Part shown: positions 1-9,944 of the stretch, piece by piece
Numbering within the stretch: the first letter of the stretch is position 1
Layout of the letters: each line of letters opens with the position of its first letter
Assembly (NCBI GenBank): GCA_000002435.2
Contig: CM018793.1
Source: Giardia intestinalis
Taxonomy: Eukaryota
Length of the DNA: 64,000 bases
Reading direction: 5' to 3' (one strand)
The notes under the pieces: model-generated
The model's input: only the letters and a program-made list of their open reading frames with translations
What the model was told of the DNA's origin: nothing
The model's database searches: none
Program-made: the position numbers and the translations under genes

Positions 1-459
1 ATATAATTCACGGAGTAACGAATGGGAGTAGCGTATCTTCGCTCCTGCTGCTATCTGCACTACATCTATGGGAAGCCTCACTGCCTGTCTTATTTGATCA
101 TCGGTGTGCACCCTTACACCTATGATATCGTATGCTTGGATCTCTGGCGAGCTGTGCCTCCCCTGCAGCTGAGTGCAATTTGCGTCTAATGTAACGCGAG
201 ACAGAATGGTCAATTGTCGTCCAGAAAGCTGATGAGATACATGCAATGGCGTCTTTCCGTCTGCGCACTGGTACTCAGATAGCATTTCTGCGGGGCCATT
301 GAAGGTAGCTGTGCTAGCATAGTAGTCTATTTTTGGACACATTTTTAGGTCTGCAAGGGCTTTCACATAATGTTCTACAGCACAGTAGGTGTATCCCATT
401 GTGTGCAATCGTTCTAGCGAGCTGGAGACGTCTTCAGAGCACCTTATGCATAAGTCCAT
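1..459 (-). CDS. RNase P/MRP protein subunit Rpp30/Rpp1-like (N-terminal part only; ATG at 459, ORF runs off the window start)
   Basis: Manual translation of minus strand from ATG (459..457): MDLCIRCSEDVSSSLERLHTMGYTYCAVEHYVKAL...LTILSRVTLDANCTQ...YDIIGVRVHTDDQIRQAVRLPIDVVQI. By eye these blocks line up with yeast Rpp1 (LHMLGYTHIAINF / RITLIIDDPS / FDIVAALP...LDIDLL) and human RPP30. No stop before window edge. Not present in supplied ORF track. Confidence 0.5.
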   Translation of the reverse strand, partial: MDLCIRCSEDVSSSLERLHTMGYTYCAVEHYVKALADLKMCPKIDYYASTATFNGPAEMLSEYQCADGKTPLHVSHQLSGRQLTILSRVTLDANCTQLQGRHSSPEIQAYDIIGVRVHTDDQIRQAVRLPIDVVQIAAGAKIRYSHSLLRELY

Positions 460-519
460 GGTTTCGGTTAAAAGGCCAATAAAAATCATAAAATTGCCTG
501 TCTTGTTGGAGCAGAGGCA
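460..519. promoter_or_regulatory. AT-rich bidirectional initiator region between divergent genes (Rpp30-like on minus, 520..933 on plus)
   Basis: Sequence ggccaataaaaatcataaaattgcctg directly between two divergent ATGs. Giardia-type promoters are short AT-rich stretches abutting the ATG. Confidence 0.4.
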
Positions 520-933
520 ATGACACGCTCCATTTGCTTTCTCGGTGCAAGCCCCGCCGTTGTCAAGCGACTAGAAGATACTCTCAAAGAACATTCTATT
601 TCGGGACAAGTTGCGCTCCTAACAGATACACCGCGGCTTCTACAAGGTAAGGTCTTCTTGTGTGTTACACTTGCGGATGTATTTGCGTTGCGGCAGACTT
701 GCGAATGTATATCGGACCCAATGGTGTTGACAGCTCTCTGTCTCTCTGACTTCGATACCCTTGCACAGGAGTTTCCGTCTAGAGAGACGTTTGAGCTCCT
801 GTCGCTGCACATAGATTCAGATGGGGAGTTAGACATAAGTGGATTTATCAAAGAAGCAAACAGTCGTTTGGGCCATCGGATTCTCTGTGACACCATTGCA
901 ACCCAAGGGCTCCTCAGGCGGGCAGTTCGCTGA
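520..933 (+). CDS. hypothetical protein (137 aa), no recognisable domain
   Basis: True ATG at 520 preceded by AT-rich initiator. Composition is protein-like, unlike the overlapping antisense ORF 486..896. Ends 55 bp before next gene's ATG. Confidence 0.4.
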   Translation: MTRSICFLGASPAVVKRLEDTLKEHSISGQVALLTDTPRLLQGKVFLCVTLADVFALRQTCECISDPMVLTALCLSDFDTLAQEFPSRETFELLSLHIDSDGELDISGFIKEANSRLGHRILCDTIATQGLLRRAVR

Positions 934-988
934 ACCTAAAGAAATTGGGAGGGCTGGGGAAAAGCAAGTAAATAAAGCAGGTAAATCC

Positions 989-1747
989 ATGAATGAAACG
1001 GCGTGGTTTAGAGCTGCAACGAAGGGGAACCTTTACATCCTCAAGGAGAGCGTTGTGCAATGGAGGGGGCTTCAAGACACGGATGGGAACAGCGCTATCC
1101 ACTATGCAGCAAAGGCCAACCGGCTTGATGCAGTGAAGTACCTGGCCCCCATGGAGCTTATGATCCGTAACAGACAAGGCCAGACCCCGCTTGATGTAGC
1201 ACGCGAAGCCGGCAGCAAGGAGGTCGCGGCGTTTTTGCGTGATGCAATGAGTGAAACATCCCCTATCAGAATGCAATTTGATTCTCCAATCTGGTTCACG
1301 GCAGCAGCAAACGGAGAGCTCTCCGTTCTCCAAGAAAATCTACGCCGCTTCAAGGGGTATAAAGCACCTGATGGGGAATGGAGGGGGCACACAGCTCTCA
1401 TGATCACGGCAGTGACTGGTAACTTGGCCGCTGCACAGCTCCTGACTACTGTAGAGGCTGGGATAAGTGGACCAGATGGGAAAACGGCTCTAATGCTTGC
1501 CTGTGAGGCCAATTATCCAGAAATAGCTGCTCTTCTGATTCCCCTAGAGGCAGGCCTGGTGGACCACTACGGCTGGTTCGCGCTTCTCTATGCAATAGAC
1601 GGCGCCTGCATAAAGGCTATTCCACCTCTGTATCCCATTGAAGGCAAGATGCGCAACGAGTTTGGTTTATCGGTCTTAGACATAGCCAGGCAGTACAAGC
1701 AAAATGAGGCAACAAAGATTCTAGAAGAGCTGGCCAAAACAAACTGA
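989..1747 (+). CDS. ankyrin-repeat protein (Giardia 21.1-family-like), 252 aa
   Basis: Track start 839 is GTG; first ATG is 989 (MNETAWFRAATKGN...). Repeated ANK consensus blocks (TALMxAA..G..E.V.LL, GxTPLDVAREAG, HTALMITAVTGNLAAAQLL, KTALMLACEANYPEIAALL). Confidence 0.75.
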   Translation: MNETAWFRAATKGNLYILKESVVQWRGLQDTDGNSAIHYAAKANRLDAVKYLAPMELMIRNRQGQTPLDVAREAGSKEVAAFLRDAMSETSPIRMQFDSPIWFTAAANGELSVLQENLRRFKGYKAPDGEWRGHTALMITAVTGNLAAAQLLTTVEAGISGPDGKTALMLACEANYPEIAALLIPLEAGLVDHYGWFALLYAIDGACIKAIPPLYPIEGKMRNEFGLSVLDIARQYKQNEATKILEELAKTN

Positions 1748-1771
1748 CCAATCACTGGTGCAAATTTACCT

Positions 1772-4700
1772 TTACACGTTCATAATGGAGCCAGTTCCTT
1801 TCTGATATTCGAACGTCCTAATGGTGCTCAGCAGCTTGTATTCGTCCAGATCTATTAAGTCTATCAACCCAAGCATGCCAGGGATATAAGGAGTATCGTC
1901 ATTCAGGGGCATATTTATGAACTCTAGCACAGCTCTGCTGAAGCAGAGGATGGGAGACGCGTTTGCACTATTGTCCAAGTCTTCCAAAAAGCGTTTAGTA
2001 TGGTCGTTCAGTTGAATTTCACGCCCGAATATATCAGACAACTGTTTAACAAGATCTAGGCCGATTAGGTACTTATGTTTACCAGCGGGCGATTTTCTTT
2101 CACCGGTTTCATTGAAGACACACAGTGCTGCTATGTACTTTTCTAATACTAAGGAAATGGCTATGAAAATAGAGCAGAAGGTATCTTGTTTTTCAGTAGT
2201 ATCTAGGTATAGCCTATAAAAGTGCTGGTCAAAGCGGCAAAGCTCGAAAACAAACGCACCAGAATCCTTCTTAGATTGATAAAATATGCAATCTACATAA
2301 TCATTAATTATAACATAAAGTAGAAAAGTAGTAAGTGGTCCATTGTGGAGGTATGCTCCATTGGCTATTTTCGTCTGGCACCCTATACTCGGCATACCGG
2401 CCACAAGACTACCTGACGGAATGGATAGATAATAAATCAGCGACCCCGTTTGGTCAAATGTCAAACTTTGGAAATCAGTGGTATGCTTGCTGGCAACTAG
2501 ATCTAAGGACACTGAAGAATCATATGGACAGTAGTTATAAATAGACTCCCATGGTCGCCGAATGATGTTATTGATGTTCCCAAGATTGACAGCGATTGCC
2601 CTGGCGGATACTTTACATGAATTGGCTGATATTGTGCTATACCCAGCCAAGTTAACAGTGACTTTGTCAGTAACCCCATACTTCTCGGTAAACTCGTTAA
2701 AGAAGAAATGTTGTGGTACATAATTTTTAGAAAAGTATTTCAAATAGATTGATTTCTTCAGTAACTTCTCAAGAACAGAATTAAGCTTCTTGAGCATAGG
2801 TGGAAAGATGGCTTTGTGACGCATATCAAAGTATGCTGCAATTTCAGATCCAGGTTTGTCCATGGCTGTCAGGATGTCTGCAAGCGCACAGAGTTTAAAG
2901 TATGCTTTATCATAGCGCTCCACTTCCCGGAGTATCACAGAAAGCGTTGACGCTATGCACCCTTTATCTTCTGCGCATTTTTTCCAACAGCTTTTAGAGT
3001 TGCTGTTGCTGTTGCTGTTGCTGTTCTGGCAATTCTGGCTTTCCTCAGTTTCATTATAACAATAACCATAGGATTGTAATGCACTGACAAGCTCGGTATT
3101 ACTCAAGGGGTAGATGGTCTCTATGAGAAGCTGCTCGTGGCTTGAAGGCTCAGACAGGAGACCAACTTTGGCCAATTTGGAGCGGCAAGAGATAATTTCT
3201 AGCTCAAGCTGTCTCAGGGAGTATGGCGAGAGACAACGCACTAAGCACCACCTGGCCTCCTCGGGTGTTGGATGCTCTGTAGGGACGGGGAAGCGCTCTC
3301 TCCAAAGTGCCAGTATTATTGCAGAAGCAGCCCCATCTGAACACCCATCAAGGGTATACATAGATGGATTGGTGCGGAAAAGGGTGATAGCGGTAAGGTC
3401 ATTAAAGTTCTCCTGATCATAGTCTTCTAACGGAATATCCTTTGGCATCAGATGAGAATAGAAAGATACCTTATCATGAAACTCTACAAAAAAGCTCGGA
3501 CAAATGATGGCTGTGAGAAGCAGAAGTGCCCTGCTTGTTACTGAATCCTTAAGTTTGCTTTTAGAAAGTCTCATCTCTAAATCAGAAATAAATATAGAAT
3601 GATTAATGGCATTGAATGAGAAAACAGCCATACCAGTATACGGAAGTCCCAGCATGAAGTGCCAATAATAACCGAGTGCTTTGTCTAGAGAGTACTTCAT
3701 AATTAGCGGAAGGATTGCTCGCTCGCTAACACCATAATGTTTAGAATTTTTAATCATAGCGACTGTGTCAGGAGGAAGCACATTGGTGCCTTGAGCTTCA
3801 TCGGTTTTCAGCTCATCCTGTGCATTTTCGGTAGGCTCGTCGATGGGCATATTACTTGACTGCTCTTCTGGTTCAATGGAGGACTGCTCTCTATCTTCGG
3901 AGTGATCCTCGGGCTTTTCATCTGCATTTGAATTATCAGCGGAGCAGCGATAGTACTGCGCGAAATACTCATGTGTCAGTTGTATGGGATGATCCTTCCT
4001 ATTACTGATTGTTGTGTCGTACTGAATGACCAAGGAAGAAGCAAGAAGAGAGCGCAGGATGTAGAATATATCCATAACTGTGAAGCGATTGGACGTCAGC
4101 AGAAGCTCGTTGATCAAGGATGAAAGGATAGACCCGGATGACTCCTCTTCGTCCTCCAAGTCGGTAGCGCCAAGAAACGAGAGCAAAACTAGGTATGGCA
4201 AACTGTCCAGCTCGGTCTCCCTAGCATAGCAAGGACTAAGGTATTGAAATGCGTCCATGGGGATCACTGAGTGGTACTCTCCAGGACGCACTCGCCCTAC
4301 CCTGCCCTTCCGTTGAATCATGGACTCGATAGACGTCAAAGTGGTTACAAGTTTCTTCCTGCCAGAATGCAGTGTAAATTGCCTGGTAAGACCTGTGTCT
4401 ATTACATAGTATAGAGTGGGAAGCGTAAGGGAGGTCTCACAAAGATTTGTTGCCAACAAAATGTTGGGCACGGCCTGACTCTTATTCATGGCTGCCAAGG
4501 AGTCTAACTTGTACTCCTCGCTGCACACCGAATGGACAACTAAAATATTATATGCATGCTTATTAATGTTCCGGTTTCTTGCCCAAGCCGTCGCTATATT
4601 ATCAAAGATAGTTATAAAGTCTGTGATGGCGACAATTCCAGGCAGAAATACAATAATATCTCCTCCTCCCCAATTAATGAGTATGTTAAGAAGGATAGAA

Positions 4701-5521
4701 GCTGCTGCTTTAAGGTATGGTCTGTGGTTGAAAATAGCCGAAGATTGTGCATCACGTATAATAGCAGTTATCTTGAGGTTATTGTGGTGTCCAGCTTTCC
4801 TCTTACCTTTGTCACCCATGTCGGCATAAAACTCTTTGACGGGGAAGTTGCCTTGTTGCGCATCAAATCTAGTGCCCGCAATCGCAAAGTGATAGAAGTT
4901 GGGGAAGATTGTCCGCAGAACAAGAGGGTCCTTTGTTGCCGACATAAGCACAAGTTTAAAATTGTATCGCTGTTGGGCGATTTTGCAGATAGCCTTAAGC
5001 TGCTCTATTTGCGGTGACTCCTCGTGAATCTCGTCCAGTATAATGAAATCAAATTCATCTGGACGAGAAACAATACGATTAAAAGCTGCGCCAGCCGTTG
5101 CAATCAGAAGCTGTGTTCTATTGTCAGAGATGTTGCAGCGCCCCATAAAGAAACCGACATCCTCACCGATGGTTGTACCAAGTAAGGACGCTATGTAGTG
5201 AGCTAGGCGTTCAGTAGGAAGTCTGCGAGGCTGGACCAGCAGTATGCGTGAGTCCGGAAAAGCGTATCGGATTGCTATCGGCACCTGAGTGGACTTCCCG
5301 CATCCAGTGGGCCCTGTGACAAGCACAGTGGAAGAAGATCTCAATACGCTAAGAAACTCAGGTATCCACGAAGTATCCAGTTTGAAGGAGGAGCTAAGAG
5401 AAACGTCTGCTAGGCGGGTCGATGCCGTTGTGTTTGGGACTGCCGCACTTCGCTGCTTATTCCGTGCTTGACCCCGTGGCTGAATATGTATCTCTATCTG
5501 CTTTTTCGATTTGGGAGCCAT
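1772..5521 (-). CDS. DEAH/RHA-type ATP-dependent RNA helicase with long divergent C-terminal extension (1249 aa)
   Basis: ATG at 5521..5519 with AT-rich upstream. Helicase motifs in N-terminal half: motif I GPTGCGKST, motif II ILDEIHE (DEIH), motif III SAT, motif VI QRKGRVGR. About 650 aa C-terminal region has no motif I can recognise. Confidence 0.8.
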   Translation of the reverse strand: MAPKSKKQIEIHIQPRGQARNKQRSAAVPNTTASTRLADVSLSSSFKLDTSWIPEFLSVLRSSSTVLVTGPTGCGKSTQVPIAIRYAFPDSRILLVQPRRLPTERLAHYIASLLGTTIGEDVGFFMGRCNISDNRTQLLIATAGAAFNRIVSRPDEFDFIILDEIHEESPQIEQLKAICKIAQQRYNFKLVLMSATKDPLVLRTIFPNFYHFAIAGTRFDAQQGNFPVKEFYADMGDKGKRKAGHHNNLKITAIIRDAQSSAIFNHRPYLKAAASILLNILINWGGGDIIVFLPGIVAITDFITIFDNIATAWARNRNINKHAYNILVVHSVCSEEYKLDSLAAMNKSQAVPNILLATNLCETSLTLPTLYYVIDTGLTRQFTLHSGRKKLVTTLTSIESMIQRKGRVGRVRPGEYHSVIPMDAFQYLSPCYARETELDSLPYLVLLSFLGATDLEDEEESSGSILSSLINELLLTSNRFTVMDIFYILRSLLASSLVIQYDTTISNRKDHPIQLTHEYFAQYYRCSADNSNADEKPEDHSEDREQSSIEPEEQSSNMPIDEPTENAQDELKTDEAQGTNVLPPDTVAMIKNSKHYGVSERAILPLIMKYSLDKALGYYWHFMLGLPYTGMAVFSFNAINHSIFISDLEMRLSKSKLKDSVTSRALLLLTAIICPSFFVEFHDKVSFYSHLMPKDIPLEDYDQENFNDLTAITLFRTNPSMYTLDGCSDGAASAIILALWRERFPVPTEHPTPEEARWCLVRCLSPYSLRQLELEIISCRSKLAKVGLLSEPSSHEQLLIETIYPLSNTELVSALQSYGYCYNETEESQNCQNSNSNSNSNSKSCWKKCAEDKGCIASTLSVILREVERYDKAYFKLCALADILTAMDKPGSEIAAYFDMRHKAIFPPMLKKLNSVLEKLLKKSIYLKYFSKNYVPQHFFFNEFTEKYGVTDKVTVNLAGYSTISANSCKVSARAIAVNLGNINNIIRRPWESIYNYCPYDSSVSLDLVASKHTTDFQSLTFDQTGSLIYYLSIPSGSLVAGMPSIGCQTKIANGAYLHNGPLTTFLLYVIINDYVDCIFYQSKKDSGAFVFELCRFDQHFYRLYLDTTEKQDTFCSIFIAISLVLEKYIAALCVFNETGERKSPAGKHKYLIGLDLVKQLSDIFGREIQLNDHTKRFLEDLDNSANASPILCFSRAVLEFINMPLNDDTPYIPGMLGLIDLIDLDEYKLLSTIRTFEYQKGTGSIMNV
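2997..3027. repeat. hexanucleotide microsatellite (TGCTGT)n, about 5 units, encoding (NS)n on the minus strand inside the helicase gene
   Basis: Direct read: gttgctgttgctgttgctgttgctgttctgg. Translated minus-strand ORF shows NSNSNSNSNS. Confidence 0.7.
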
Positions 5522-5681
5522 CGGCGTTTTAAATCAGCCGATCTTTTTTAGGATTGACTTTTTTTGGATTATCACAAGCAAGCCTAATACGACAATTTAA
5601 AATAAAACTTAAAAAAGTGAGACTAAGAGACATACATCTTAAAAACCTTCCTAGTTACTTAAAGCAAAACGATAAGAGACA

Positions 5682-7016
5682 ATGGCACTGTCTTCACGCC
5701 CAAATACCGCCCGCCGAAGCTCCGCAAGGTCTGGTGCTTTGGGGCCAGACACGTCAACGCAAAATCTTGAGGAGGGGCACATCAATCCGGGGCCCAACGA
5801 AGTTCTCGGTGGCCGCTATGCCATATTTGCTAGGCTCGGCCACGGAACGTTTGGGCGTGTCTATGCGTGCTATGATAAGTCTCGCGACGATACAGAGGTC
5901 GCCGTTAAGGTCATTCGCGCCATAGACAGATACACGGCGGCGGGAAAAGCCGAGGAGGCAGTGCTGAATAAAATTAAGCAGGCAGCGAAAAAAGCCCAGC
6001 ATACAGGCTACTCGTCTAGCCTAATGAATAGCTATTATGCAAAGCTTTGTTGGAATAATTGCAATCTAGCATACTTGGAAAGGAGCTTCCAGCATAACAA
6101 TCACATTTGCCTTGTCTTTCCGAAATATGGCATCAGCCTCCTTGATCTACTTAAAGCAAATAATTTTCGAGGATTCAATATTGACTGGACGCGGGAACTC
6201 AGCCGTAGCTTCATGGTTGGTGTGGGGTTTCTTCATGACCTCGGATATATACACACAGACATTAAGCTGGAGAATATCCTTTCGCGAGAGAAGCCCCGCG
6301 CCACCCGTGTGCGTGATCGGATATTTGTGCATCCCTCTGGTGCAGAGCTTGTGTTGATTGACCTGGGGTCGAGTGTTAGATTAAGTGACCACAGACGTCC
6401 ATCCCTTGTCTGCACCCGACAGTATAGACCCCCGGAGGCATATCTTGGCTTACCCTTCGATCAGACTTTGGACATCTGGTCTTGCGGATGCGTGATCTTC
6501 GAGATCCTGACTGGACGCACTCTTTTTCGTACTCACAATTCTGTCGTTCATCTATGTATGATGGAGAGGCTCCTGGGTCCTATGCCCGATACGGTTATTG
6601 AGCAGATGGACATTTATAACTCTAAATACCAGGAGTTCTTCTGTAGAACAAAGAAGTCGTGGTCTCTTCCTACCGACCTCGATCCTCAGGAGCGAAGGCA
6701 CTACGAGGAGCTCCTTCCTCTTGAGCGTGAGATTGACAAATATGGATACGGGTATCATACGTCTCTTATTCACTTGTTGAGAGTGATGCTCAGTTGGGAC
6801 GCGCGCAAGAGGTTCTCCGTACCGGAGTGCATGGCACACCCCTTCTTCGAGGAAGAGCCCCGTGAATCTAAACAGACACAGACGTCGGGGAGGAATCTTG
6901 CTAACGATCAGAACATGGGGACTTTGATGCGTGACCTTTTGTCGGCAATCGATAGAACCCATCCCCGCTACAATGATCTAAAGAATGCAGTCGATATTGC
7001 TTTCGGGATAAATTAA
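5682..7016 (+). CDS. CMGC protein kinase of the LAMMER/CLK (Kns1/AFC) type, 444 aa
   Basis: Gly-loop LGHGTFGRV, VAVK, catalytic HTDIKLENIL, DLGS (DFG-like), SxxYRPPE. Diagnostic LAMMER-like motif VHLCMMERLLGPMP (cf. EHLAMMERILGPLP). ATG at 5682 after long AT-rich leader. Confidence 0.8.
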   Translation: MALSSRPNTARRSSARSGALGPDTSTQNLEEGHINPGPNEVLGGRYAIFARLGHGTFGRVYACYDKSRDDTEVAVKVIRAIDRYTAAGKAEEAVLNKIKQAAKKAQHTGYSSSLMNSYYAKLCWNNCNLAYLERSFQHNNHICLVFPKYGISLLDLLKANNFRGFNIDWTRELSRSFMVGVGFLHDLGYIHTDIKLENILSREKPRATRVRDRIFVHPSGAELVLIDLGSSVRLSDHRRPSLVCTRQYRPPEAYLGLPFDQTLDIWSCGCVIFEILTGRTLFRTHNSVVHLCMMERLLGPMPDTVIEQMDIYNSKYQEFFCRTKKSWSLPTDLDPQERRHYEELLPLEREIDKYGYGYHTSLIHLLRVMLSWDARKRFSVPECMAHPFFEEEPRESKQTQTSGRNLANDQNMGTLMRDLLSAIDRTHPRYNDLKNAVDIAFGIN

Positions 7017-7085
7017 GAAGTTTGCTTGTCACGCTTGTCGGAGGCGTTCAGAAGTGGTACTGGCATTAGTGGTGGTGCCATTCCG

Positions 7086-9944
7086 CTAATACTCTGCTGG
7101 ACACCATTCTTCACCGCGAAGATTTGCGATTTCTTTGTCGCGCGCGTGGAGCATCTCCTTCAAGCTACCTATTTCATTCTTCAGAACATTGATTACAGTC
7201 GCGTTTGCACTCGCCACGGCACTACGACCTCTAGGAGACAAGCTTGCTTGCGTGCGCTCGTCATTCTTCTCTGCTTCCTTCAGCTGCTGTGAGGCAAGCT
7301 TGGTTAACAGGGGGACGATCTGCTCCGATGTAACCGCCTCATCCTTTGGTGGTGTGTTCTCACAACTTCGGGCGCGACGAGGGCTTAAAGCGCCACTGGT
7401 TGGAGTCATAACACCGCTACGTATATCTGCAAGAGATCGACCCGAAAGCACCTTCTTGAGGGTCTCACCACTGGACTCCAAAGCAGTAATGACTGAGTTG
7501 TTTTCCTTCCCTTTTTCATCCATAGCAATCCGAAGTGACTTGAAGGACTGCTCCTGATTTTGAAGGGCAGCTATGAGGCACTGGATACGCCTGTCCCGTT
7601 CAGCTATATCTTTAGCCATCCCATCCACTGTCAGTGCCGTCTGCACACTCTCAGTCTTATTGTCCATAACTGTTCGAGAAGGTGCAGCTTTCGTTGCATG
7701 AACAAGAGCCGTTGCAGTACTACTTGAAGCCATAGAATGACAATCCATCACATAAGACATAGCTAGTTCTTCTGCAAGGATCTTCATTTGGTCGAGGTCC
7801 AACTCAAGTTTTCGAATTCGCCGCACAGCCTGAAGGGAGCCTTCTCTGCCACGCATACCAACAGGATTGTTAGATAAAGCCTCAATAATCTTATCTTTTT
7901 CTGAAAGCTGCTTATGGAGCGCTATAATTTCCTTTGCATTAAGGCCAGGGTCAATTGTAGAAGTTGGGCCAGAAAAGTCGATAGTAAATTCTTCCAAAAC
8001 ACACTTTAGGTCAGACAACTGTTTTTCTGCGACCAGGAGCTTGTCCTTGAGCCGCTGCTTATCCACGCGGAGAGCGTGAATTTCTGCTTTAGCATTAGAC
8101 CGATTCTTTTCCTCAATCTGATCCAAAAGAGACAGCGACGATGTTAGCTCGGCGAACTGGGCATCCTTCATCTGTGCTTGGGCTTGTAGGCGCGAGTTCT
8201 CCGATTCAAGTAGAGAGACCTTCTCCTTGAGGACCATTACCTCCGATGTCGAAGGCTCAGACCTTGCCATTTTTGAAGAGGCACTCTGTAGACTGGTAAT
8301 CATATCGTCTTTCCGCCGGACATCATCCGCTAACTGTGCAATCTTCCTCTGCAGATCTTCCACTAGTTCATCCCTCTCTTCATTGAGGCTCTTGACCTTT
8401 GCCTGGATATCATCAATCAGCTGTTTCTGTGCTTTGAGCTCAGTGTCTTGCTTGTCAACGATTTGCTGAAGAACCTCGGCACGTTGTGCGTGACGACTTT
8501 CCCCAGTCATTGATTTATGGGATTTTATTGCCATGTGCGCATTGACTTTATTGGCCGCAGCTAGTTGAGCTCGCAAGCTCTGGACTTCCTCCTTAAGTGA
8601 TTTGATCTCCTCCTTGAGTGCATCACAGTTAGCTGCGTTATCTTGATTCTGTGGCAGCGAAGAAAGTGCTGATGCTGGCACTCCCAATTGAGTTGGCCCT
8701 TGGTCAGATGACTTAAGGCTTAGAAGGTCTGTACGCAATTGCATGATTTCATCTTCAAGTCTCTCAACATACGACTCATCTGCAGTTCCTCGTAAATAGT
8801 TAGATGACTTCTGTTTGCTTGGTGAATTCAATTCAGATTGCAGCTTTCCAATGAGCTCATTTTTTTCTTCAATCTCCTCCTTGAGTAGTGCTATCTCTGT
8901 CGTAGCGACTTTATAGGAGAAGTCATCACCACCCTTTTGTCGAGCTTCAAGCTTCTTAACTTTTTCCCTGAGCGATTCTATTTCCTGGGCCATCTTTTGA
9001 GGAGATGAAGCACGAGCAGGAACGTCTGCAGGCTTTGTCTCCAAATGTAGCTTTAACTTCGTAATCTCAAGGTCCTTCATTCGAAGTGCATCGTCTGTAT
9101 CTCTTATCTTCCTTCTGAGCTCAGAAATTGTCTCCTCCAGCTCGGCACAACGCTTCTGCATAGCGCCATCCTCAGTGATGCCGCTCTTCAAGCGTGTCGA
9201 GGCACGGAAGAGGGCGCGGGATCGCCTTGCAGGGGCGATTCGAGCAGTTACAGAGTCGTCTTGGCTATTGAGAGGGTCAGAACACCCAGATAGCTCGTTG
9301 TGAAGCTGAAGCTCATCGTCATCTAACTCGCTAGCGGCATCTACGTGTGGGGCAGCACAAGCAGAGATTTGTGAATGCGTGCTGAGGCTTTGATACTCCT
9401 TGAGGTACTTGAGGATATCCGTGTTGGACTTTGCGCTAGCAACAGTGATCATAAAGGTAAGGTCATCCTGAGAGACAACGAAGTGCTGGAGCAGCGCTTT
9501 GAGACAGTCAAGGTTATTTGTTGCACAAGCGTGATCAGCGGCAGACAGATTTTGTCGATCATTAACCAGGCGGAAGTGCTTAATTATTGCATTGATGACT
9601 GAAACATGTCCATTCTGTGCGGCAACCATCAGAGCATCCTGACCATTCGGGAGTTTGCAGCCCTTCTCCAAGCCGACCAGAAGTTTACAAACGGCGGCGT
9701 GTCCGTTTCTGGCTGCAAGTATTAGTGCAGTTTCCCCAGCATTGTTGGTTAATTTCTGTTCGTAGCCCATGAGGATACGGATGATGTCGGTATTTCCTTG
9801 ACTGGCAGCAATCATAAGACCCGTGTAACCAGCGTCGTCCCGTGTGCCGTTATACTTGTGGGCGTATTGGCTTATCAAAGAACTGCTTTGAGCACGGACA
9901 GCGGCGATCCAATTCTGCGCCGTGGAAATGCCTATGCCACTCAT
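7086..9944 (-). CDS. ankyrin-repeat plus extended coiled-coil protein (21.1-family-like), 952 aa
   Basis: N-terminal about 200 aa of ANK repeats (TGLMIAASQGNTDIIRIL, ETALILAARNGHAAVCKLL, QDALMVAAQNGHVSVINAI). Remaining about 700 aa heptad-rich, charged (E/K/L/Q-rich), typical coiled coil. ATG 9944 with AT-rich upstream. Confidence 0.75.
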   Translation of the reverse strand: MSGIGISTAQNWIAAVRAQSSSLISQYAHKYNGTRDDAGYTGLMIAASQGNTDIIRILMGYEQKLTNNAGETALILAARNGHAAVCKLLVGLEKGCKLPNGQDALMVAAQNGHVSVINAIIKHFRLVNDRQNLSAADHACATNNLDCLKALLQHFVVSQDDLTFMITVASAKSNTDILKYLKEYQSLSTHSQISACAAPHVDAASELDDDELQLHNELSGCSDPLNSQDDSVTARIAPARRSRALFRASTRLKSGITEDGAMQKRCAELEETISELRRKIRDTDDALRMKDLEITKLKLHLETKPADVPARASSPQKMAQEIESLREKVKKLEARQKGGDDFSYKVATTEIALLKEEIEEKNELIGKLQSELNSPSKQKSSNYLRGTADESYVERLEDEIMQLRTDLLSLKSSDQGPTQLGVPASALSSLPQNQDNAANCDALKEEIKSLKEEVQSLRAQLAAANKVNAHMAIKSHKSMTGESRHAQRAEVLQQIVDKQDTELKAQKQLIDDIQAKVKSLNEERDELVEDLQRKIAQLADDVRRKDDMITSLQSASSKMARSEPSTSEVMVLKEKVSLLESENSRLQAQAQMKDAQFAELTSSLSLLDQIEEKNRSNAKAEIHALRVDKQRLKDKLLVAEKQLSDLKCVLEEFTIDFSGPTSTIDPGLNAKEIIALHKQLSEKDKIIEALSNNPVGMRGREGSLQAVRRIRKLELDLDQMKILAEELAMSYVMDCHSMASSSTATALVHATKAAPSRTVMDNKTESVQTALTVDGMAKDIAERDRRIQCLIAALQNQEQSFKSLRIAMDEKGKENNSVITALESSGETLKKVLSGRSLADIRSGVMTPTSGALSPRRARSCENTPPKDEAVTSEQIVPLLTKLASQQLKEAEKNDERTQASLSPRGRSAVASANATVINVLKNEIGSLKEMLHARDKEIANLRGEEWCPAEY

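Noticed and set aside
486-896. 136-aa minus-strand ORF overlapping 520..933
   Set aside because: Ser/Arg-rich low-complexity translation. It overlaps both the AT-rich divergent promoter and a more protein-like plus-strand ORF that has a proper ATG and initiator.
839-988. Track start codons at 839 (GTG), 15936 (TTG), 26604 (TTG), 53537 (TTG), 58476 (GTG), 63971 (TTG)
   Set aside because: The ORF track evidently allows alternative starts. Checked each against the nucleotide sequence; these are not ATG, so models were trimmed to the first in-frame ATG (989, 15969, 26601, 53561, 58353) or left open (PIF1).
2335-5471. Short plus-strand ORFs nested inside the DEAH helicase gene (2335..2544, 3114..3416, 4488..5017, 5289..5471)
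   Set aside because: They are antisense to a long, motif-supported CDS. No initiators or poly(A) signals.
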